A stretch of 64,000 nucleotides of DNA, taken from NCBI GenBank assembly GCA_001783525.1, contig MFMS01000002.1:121791-185790 (forward strand), given 5' to 3'. Positions 58,451-64,000 of the stretch are shown here, one piece after another (within the stretch, counting starts at the first letter, position 1; each line of letters starts with the position of its first letter). The notes under the pieces were generated by a model. The model did no database searches, was not told the DNA's origin, and saw only the letters and a program-made list of their open reading frames with translations. A program made the translations under genes and the position numbers. Source of the stretch: Candidatus Kaiserbacteria bacterium RIFOXYB1_FULL_46_14. GTDB lineage: Bacteria; Patescibacteriota; Minisyncoccia; Phycocordibacterales; UBA918.

Positions 58451-61400
58451 ATGTTTCCTCTTTGGAACTTCTTCCTCACTCGCCAAGCATTTACGATCCT
58501 TACCATCTTCACCTTGCTGGCCGCGGGCACTTACGCCATTTTTTCTATTCCTAAGGAATCCACGCCAGAAATTGTGATTCCAATGGGAATCATTACCACC
58601 GTCTTGCCTGGCGCTACTGCCGCAGATGTGGAAAGACTTGTAACCGACAAACTCGAGCCAGCAGTGCGCAACGTCGCCAACATCGACGATGTTACCTCCA
58701 CCTCACAACAAGGTGTTTCTGTTATCACCGCGCAGTTCCTATCTTCGACTGACGTTGACGTGGCCCTCAACGACCTCCGTACCGCCATCGATGGTGTGAA
58801 GGCTGAACTACCAACCGATGCCGAAGAACCGACGGTGGCAAAAGTTGATTTTCAGAACCAACCAGTCTTGATGGTTGGTGTTTCAACTGACCTTTCTCCG
58901 ACCACTCTCGCCAAACTTGGCGAGGATCTCCAAGATGATCTGACTAACGTAACCGGAGTATCGCGAGTTGAGGTTTCTGGCGTGCGTGATCGACAACTAA
59001 CTATCGTTGTTCATAAGGATGCACTAGCGCGACATAACTTGCGTGCCGATCAAGTGATTGCTGCACTCCGTATGGCTAACGCGTCCATACCGGCTGGCGC
59101 ACTGACGATCGATGGTGTTGACTACCCCGTTCAGTTTGAAGGAGATATAACCGAGGCCGGTGCTATTGCAAACACTCCGATTACTACACCGTCAGGTACC
59201 GTTAGAGTGTCTGATGTCGCCACTGTTATTGATGGTTTTGAAAAATCATCCACTATTTCTCGTTTGTCACAAGGTGGGGAAGATGCGACCTACGCACTAA
59301 CTCTTAATATCTACAAGACATCCGGAGGAAATATTTTAACCGCTACCGACAACACCCTAGAGCGAATCGAGGAGCTCAAAGATAGCCTACTCAAAGGCTC
59401 TGATGTGGTTGTTATATATGACGCTGGCGAAGAAGTTCGTGACTCAATCAACGAACTGACTCGCACTGGCTTTGAAACAGTTATGCTTATTATGCTCGTT
59501 CTCTTGATCGCGATCGGTCTTCGTGAAGCACTCATTGCTGCACTTTCTGTACCACTATCTTTCGTGATCGCCTTTATGGGCATGATGGCAACCGGAAACT
59601 CGATCAACTTCATTTCCCTCTTTGCGTTGATTATCGCAATTGGTATTTTGGTGGACTCCGCCATTGTAGTAGTCGAAGCGATCCACACAAACCGAGAACG
59701 TGGCCTTGCTAAGCTCGAAGCTGCCCGCAAAGCCATTAAAGACTTTGGCTGGCCGTTGATTGCTGGCACCATGACCACGGTTGCGGTGTTCGTGCCGCTC
59801 TTCTTCCTAACCGGCATCATTGGTCAGTTTATTAAGTCCATTCCATTCACTATCATTGTCGTGCTAATGGCGTCGATTGTGGTAGCTCTTGGTTTTGTTC
59901 CTCTCATTACTCTCTGGGTTATCAAGCACGAAGAAAGTCCGTTTGTTATTTATCGAGAAAAACTTTGGACAAAAATCTCTACCAACTACCGAGCGTGGAT
60001 GGATAAGTTATTCTCAAGTATCCGCCTACAACGTTTGTTCTTTGGATTCTTGGCCGTTACTTTTGTTATAGCTTTGGCGCTACCGATCTCTGGTCTTCTG
60101 AAGACCGTAATGTTTCCTCCAGATAACGCTGACCTCGCTTACCTTGAGATAGAAATGCCACAAGCTACAACACTTACCGCTACCGACGCCGTGGCCAAAC
60201 TAGTTGAAAAGGAAGTGGCCAAAACTCCACACCTTAATTCGTATATGACGACAGTAGGTAGTGGTTCTCTATTCAACTCCAGTGGCGCTAGTGCTGGTAG
60301 TAAGTTTGCCAACATTACCTTAAACCTCGACCCTGACCGCCCAAAAAGCGCAAACAGTGAAGTGATTGTGAGTGATCTTCGAGTTCGTCTCGCCGGTCTT
60401 ACTCTAAACAACGCAAAGGTGACAGTATCGTCAGCAGAGGGTGGGCCACCTTCTGGCGCTCCGATTGTCGCCAAAGTATGGGGTGAGGATGCTGCGGCCC
60501 TTTCACGTGCTACCGAGCAACTAGAAAACCTCGTCAAGAATACCGCCGGCACTCGCGATATTTCTTCCTCACTTTCAAATGACGGAACGGAGTTACGTAT
60601 CGCTGTCGATCGGAGCAAAGCAGAAGAATATGGTTTATCAGCCGCTGACGTGGCCTCCACTTTGCGCACAGCGATTGACGGAGTTGATGCCACTACTATC
60701 CGCATCGAAGGTGAGGATGTGGACGTGCACGTTGTAATGGACTTAAACGCTGACTTCGTAAACCCAGAAGACACCTCCATCGCTACCGCAGACGCAATCG
60801 CAACTGTGCCAGTCGCTACACCACGCGGAACTATCCCGCTTGGTTCCCTGCTTACTATCACCGCAGGGCGTACTTCGGCATCTATCAATCACGAAGACGG
60901 TACCCGAGTGAGCCAAGTTAGTGCTTATGTGGTAGATGGTGCTAACGCGGTTGAATTAACCGATGCGATCCGTGTTGAAGCCGAAAAGTTGGAGCTGCCG
61001 TCTGGTATTCATCTTAGTTTTGGTGGTGAAGATGAGGAAATCCGCCAGACCTTCACTGAGATGTTATTGGCTTTGATTGCTGGCCTCGTCTTGATGTTCG
61101 CAGTGTTGGTACTTGAATTTAACTCTTTCCGTACCTCACTCCGCCTACTCTCCGCGATTCCACTTTCGTTGACCGGCGTTCTAATAGGTCTATTCATCGC
61201 AGGACAACCGTTATCATTCACTGCCTTTCTGGGAATCATCGCGCTTGGTGGCGTTGTGATTAACCACGGTATTCTACTCCTCGACGTACTAAACCACTTA
61301 CGCGGGTCGAATGTCGATGGCAACCCGAAGGATATCGTACTTACTGCCGCCGAGAGTCGCCTTCGCCCGATCCTTCTTACCACCATCACAACTGTGATCG

Positions 61401-61546
61401 GTATGGTGCCACTTACTCTTGTGTCTGCGATGTGGGCGCCACTGGCTTTCACAATTGCCTTTGGTCTCATTTACGGCACAATCTTGACGCTGGTATTCAT
61501 TCCACTTCTTTCTTACCGTAGATTGGTAAAGGAGATGGCAAGATAA
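58451..61546 (+). CDS. RND efflux permease (AcrB family)
   Basis: 1031 aa; IGILVDSAIVVVE and SRLRPILLTT motifs; 12-TM pattern. Confidence 0.93.
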   Translation: MFPLWNFFLTRQAFTILTIFTLLAAGTYAIFSIPKESTPEIVIPMGIITTVLPGATAADVERLVTDKLEPAVRNVANIDDVTSTSQQGVSVITAQFLSSTDVDVALNDLRTAIDGVKAELPTDAEEPTVAKVDFQNQPVLMVGVSTDLSPTTLAKLGEDLQDDLTNVTGVSRVEVSGVRDRQLTIVVHKDALARHNLRADQVIAALRMANASIPAGALTIDGVDYPVQFEGDITEAGAIANTPITTPSGTVRVSDVATVIDGFEKSSTISRLSQGGEDATYALTLNIYKTSGGNILTATDNTLERIEELKDSLLKGSDVVVIYDAGEEVRDSINELTRTGFETVMLIMLVLLIAIGLREALIAALSVPLSFVIAFMGMMATGNSINFISLFALIIAIGILVDSAIVVVEAIHTNRERGLAKLEAARKAIKDFGWPLIAGTMTTVAVFVPLFFLTGIIGQFIKSIPFTIIVVLMASIVVALGFVPLITLWVIKHEESPFVIYREKLWTKISTNYRAWMDKLFSSIRLQRLFFGFLAVTFVIALALPISGLLKTVMFPPDNADLAYLEIEMPQATTLTATDAVAKLVEKEVAKTPHLNSYMTTVGSGSLFNSSGASAGSKFANITLNLDPDRPKSANSEVIVSDLRVRLAGLTLNNAKVTVSSAEGGPPSGAPIVAKVWGEDAAALSRATEQLENLVKNTAGTRDISSSLSNDGTELRIAVDRSKAEEYGLSAADVASTLRTAIDGVDATTIRIEGEDVDVHVVMDLNADFVNPEDTSIATADAIATVPVATPRGTIPLGSLLTITAGRTSASINHEDGTRVSQVSAYVVDGANAVELTDAIRVEAEKLELPSGIHLSFGGEDEEIRQTFTEMLLALIAGLVLMFAVLVLEFNSFRTSLRLLSAIPLSLTGVLIGLFIAGQPLSFTAFLGIIALGGVVINHGILLLDVLNHLRGSNVDGNPKDIVLTAAESRLRPILLTTITTVIGMVPLTLVSAMWAPLAFTIAFGLIYGTILTLVFIPLLSYRRLVKEMAR

Positions 61547-61558
61547 ATCACTAAGTAA

Positions 61559-61597
61559 AACAAAACGGCTGGCGCCGAAGGCGCCGGCCGTTTTGTT
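61559..61597. terminator. Bidirectional terminator between convergent genes
   Basis: AACAAAACGGCTGGCGCC-GAA-GGCGCCGGCCGTTTTGTT. Confidence 0.8.
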
Positions 61598-61612
61598 ATT
61601 CATAACTCCCAG

Positions 61613-61939
61613 TTACACCATCAACTTATCAATTCGCTTATTCTTTTTTTCAGCGTCCTTGATTAATCCAGTGATTGCTAGAATTTTTCTTTCGGAACGT
61701 ACAAATAAGTAAACGCCGCCGATTATTGATAAGAACAAAATACCAAACATCACCATCCCGTAGTCTGTGAAAACGGTTGGCAGGAGTGCACTATTGGCCA
61801 AAAATAAAAAGGCCAACGAAGATGCACTCACCACGATACCGGCACCTGTACGCACCAACGAAAGGTGTGTACGAAGCTCGGCCAACAATACTTGAATTTC
61901 AGACAATAACAGCTGTTCTTCCTTAACATCTTTCACCAT
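61613..61939 (-). CDS. DUF202-like small membrane protein
   Basis: LAE.RT.LS..RTG motif plus TM helices. Confidence 0.65.
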   Translation of the reverse strand: MVKDVKEEQLLLSEIQVLLAELRTHLSLVRTGAGIVVSASSLAFLFLANSALLPTVFTDYGMVMFGILFLSIIGGVYLFVRSERKILAITGLIKDAEKKNKRIDKLMV

Positions 61940-61944
61940 ATCAA

Positions 61945-62451
61945 CTACTTAATGCCTTGTTGGTAACTCATTATCCCGTTTACGATCGCTGTACCTAGGA
62001 TCACCATACCTGCGTACGCAAGGAAAAATTGTTGGTACGTAAAGTCTGTTAATCCGAGTGGGACTAGAGCAAAGGTAATACCAAGTGTGTACCAACTACC
62101 AGCTTGAATGCCTGGGCCAAATCTTGACGACATCCAATGGAGCGTCATCAGGATAGCGTTTATGTATAACACCGCGATAATTGTCCAGATTCCTACCGTG
62201 AACGGATTTATATATCTGAGCGCAATAACGTTATAAAGTATCGCCGCTTGTGCCAAAGTGGTCATCAAAATAAGACCCATTGCAACTCGCAACAATATGT
62301 ACACCACTCCCATAATACGTCGCTCACCTTCTTCTATCTTTCCATTAGCGATAGCTACAAAAAACTGCGTCACTGCCGCAGTTGAACTTCCGACACCTAA
62401 CGACACGGCGATAGTCTGTAAGACCGACACTACGATATATGCTGTTTCCAT
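61945..62451 (-). CDS. Hypothetical multi-pass membrane protein
   Basis: About 5 TMs; ATG 7 nt after TGTTATTAT. Confidence 0.7.
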   Translation of the reverse strand: METAYIVVSVLQTIAVSLGVGSSTAAVTQFFVAIANGKIEEGERRIMGVVYILLRVAMGLILMTTLAQAAILYNVIALRYINPFTVGIWTIIAVLYINAILMTLHWMSSRFGPGIQAGSWYTLGITFALVPLGLTDFTYQQFFLAYAGMVILGTAIVNGIMSYQQGIK

Positions 62452-62521
62452 ACGGATATAATAACAACCGCGGCGGCCTTTGGCCGCCGCGGTTGTGTAC
62501 ATCAAACGTCGGAGTTAACCC

Positions 62522-62764
62522 CTAAATCAATATGGTCGCGTGATTATTGTTCATCTCTAGTACGCCAGAATCAATTGAAATACTCTCCTGTTCCCCGCTT
62601 TCTTTTTTGATCATGATCGTACCAGCCTTCAAAGGAGAAATGATCGGGGCGTGGTCTGCCAACAATGTCATATCGCCAGCTGTACCAGGCACAGTCACCG
62701 AAACAGCCTCGCCATCAAAGATAGGCATATCGACGCGAGAAATTGTCAGATTAAGTAGTTTCAT
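62522..62764 (-). CDS. atpC: F1F0 ATP synthase epsilon subunit (beta-sandwich domain only)
   Basis: VPGTAGDMTLLADHAP.IS.L..G; follows atpD. Confidence 0.88.
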   Translation of the reverse strand: MKLLNLTISRVDMPIFDGEAVSVTVPGTAGDMTLLADHAPIISPLKAGTIMIKKESGEQESISIDSGVLEMNNNHATILI

Positions 62765-62768
62765 GAGT

Positions 62769-64000
<1,232 letters not shown>

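Noticed and set aside
60139-60888. 249-aa antisense ORF and the many other shadow ORFs opposite real genes
   Set aside because: They overlap well-supported genes on the other strand, have no motifs, and are expected from codon bias.

Overview
A 64-kb, gene-dense core-genome segment, most likely from a Patescibacteria/CPR (Parcubacteria-like) bacterium. This is inferred from the trimmed translation proteins, split transketolase, archaeal-type AspRS, a type IV pilin, a sortase and the FtsA-like + baseplate-J-like gene pair. Almost all genes are on the minus strand: gyrB, pheST, tRNA-Thr(UGU), rpsB-tsf, prfA, rpmE, rplY, a gap-rpiB-rpe-tkt cluster, scpA, pepA, aspS, trpS, grpE-dnaK-dnaJ, infA-rpmJ-rpsMKD-rpoA-rplQ-rplM-rpsI, alaS, pepF, mnmA, mltG, leuS, ychF and atpDC. 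A MarR-RND efflux unit is on the plus strand. I saw no CRISPR array, rRNA, transposase or integrase. The strongest signals are non-coding. (1) A miniature T-box riboswitch lies upstream of aspS, with an ultrashort K-turn Stem I carrying a GAC (Asp) specifier coupled to a transcription terminator. (2) Two copies of an unnamed ~125-nt hairpin share purine-rich internal loops, have covarying stems, and each begins at a host stop codon. (3) There is a set of GC-rich triloop hairpins. (4) Core genes show widespread leaderless or short-leader promoters, while several orphan ORFs carry strong SD motifs, including an unannotated 35-aa hydrophobic peptide. All calls are by eye; no database searches were run.
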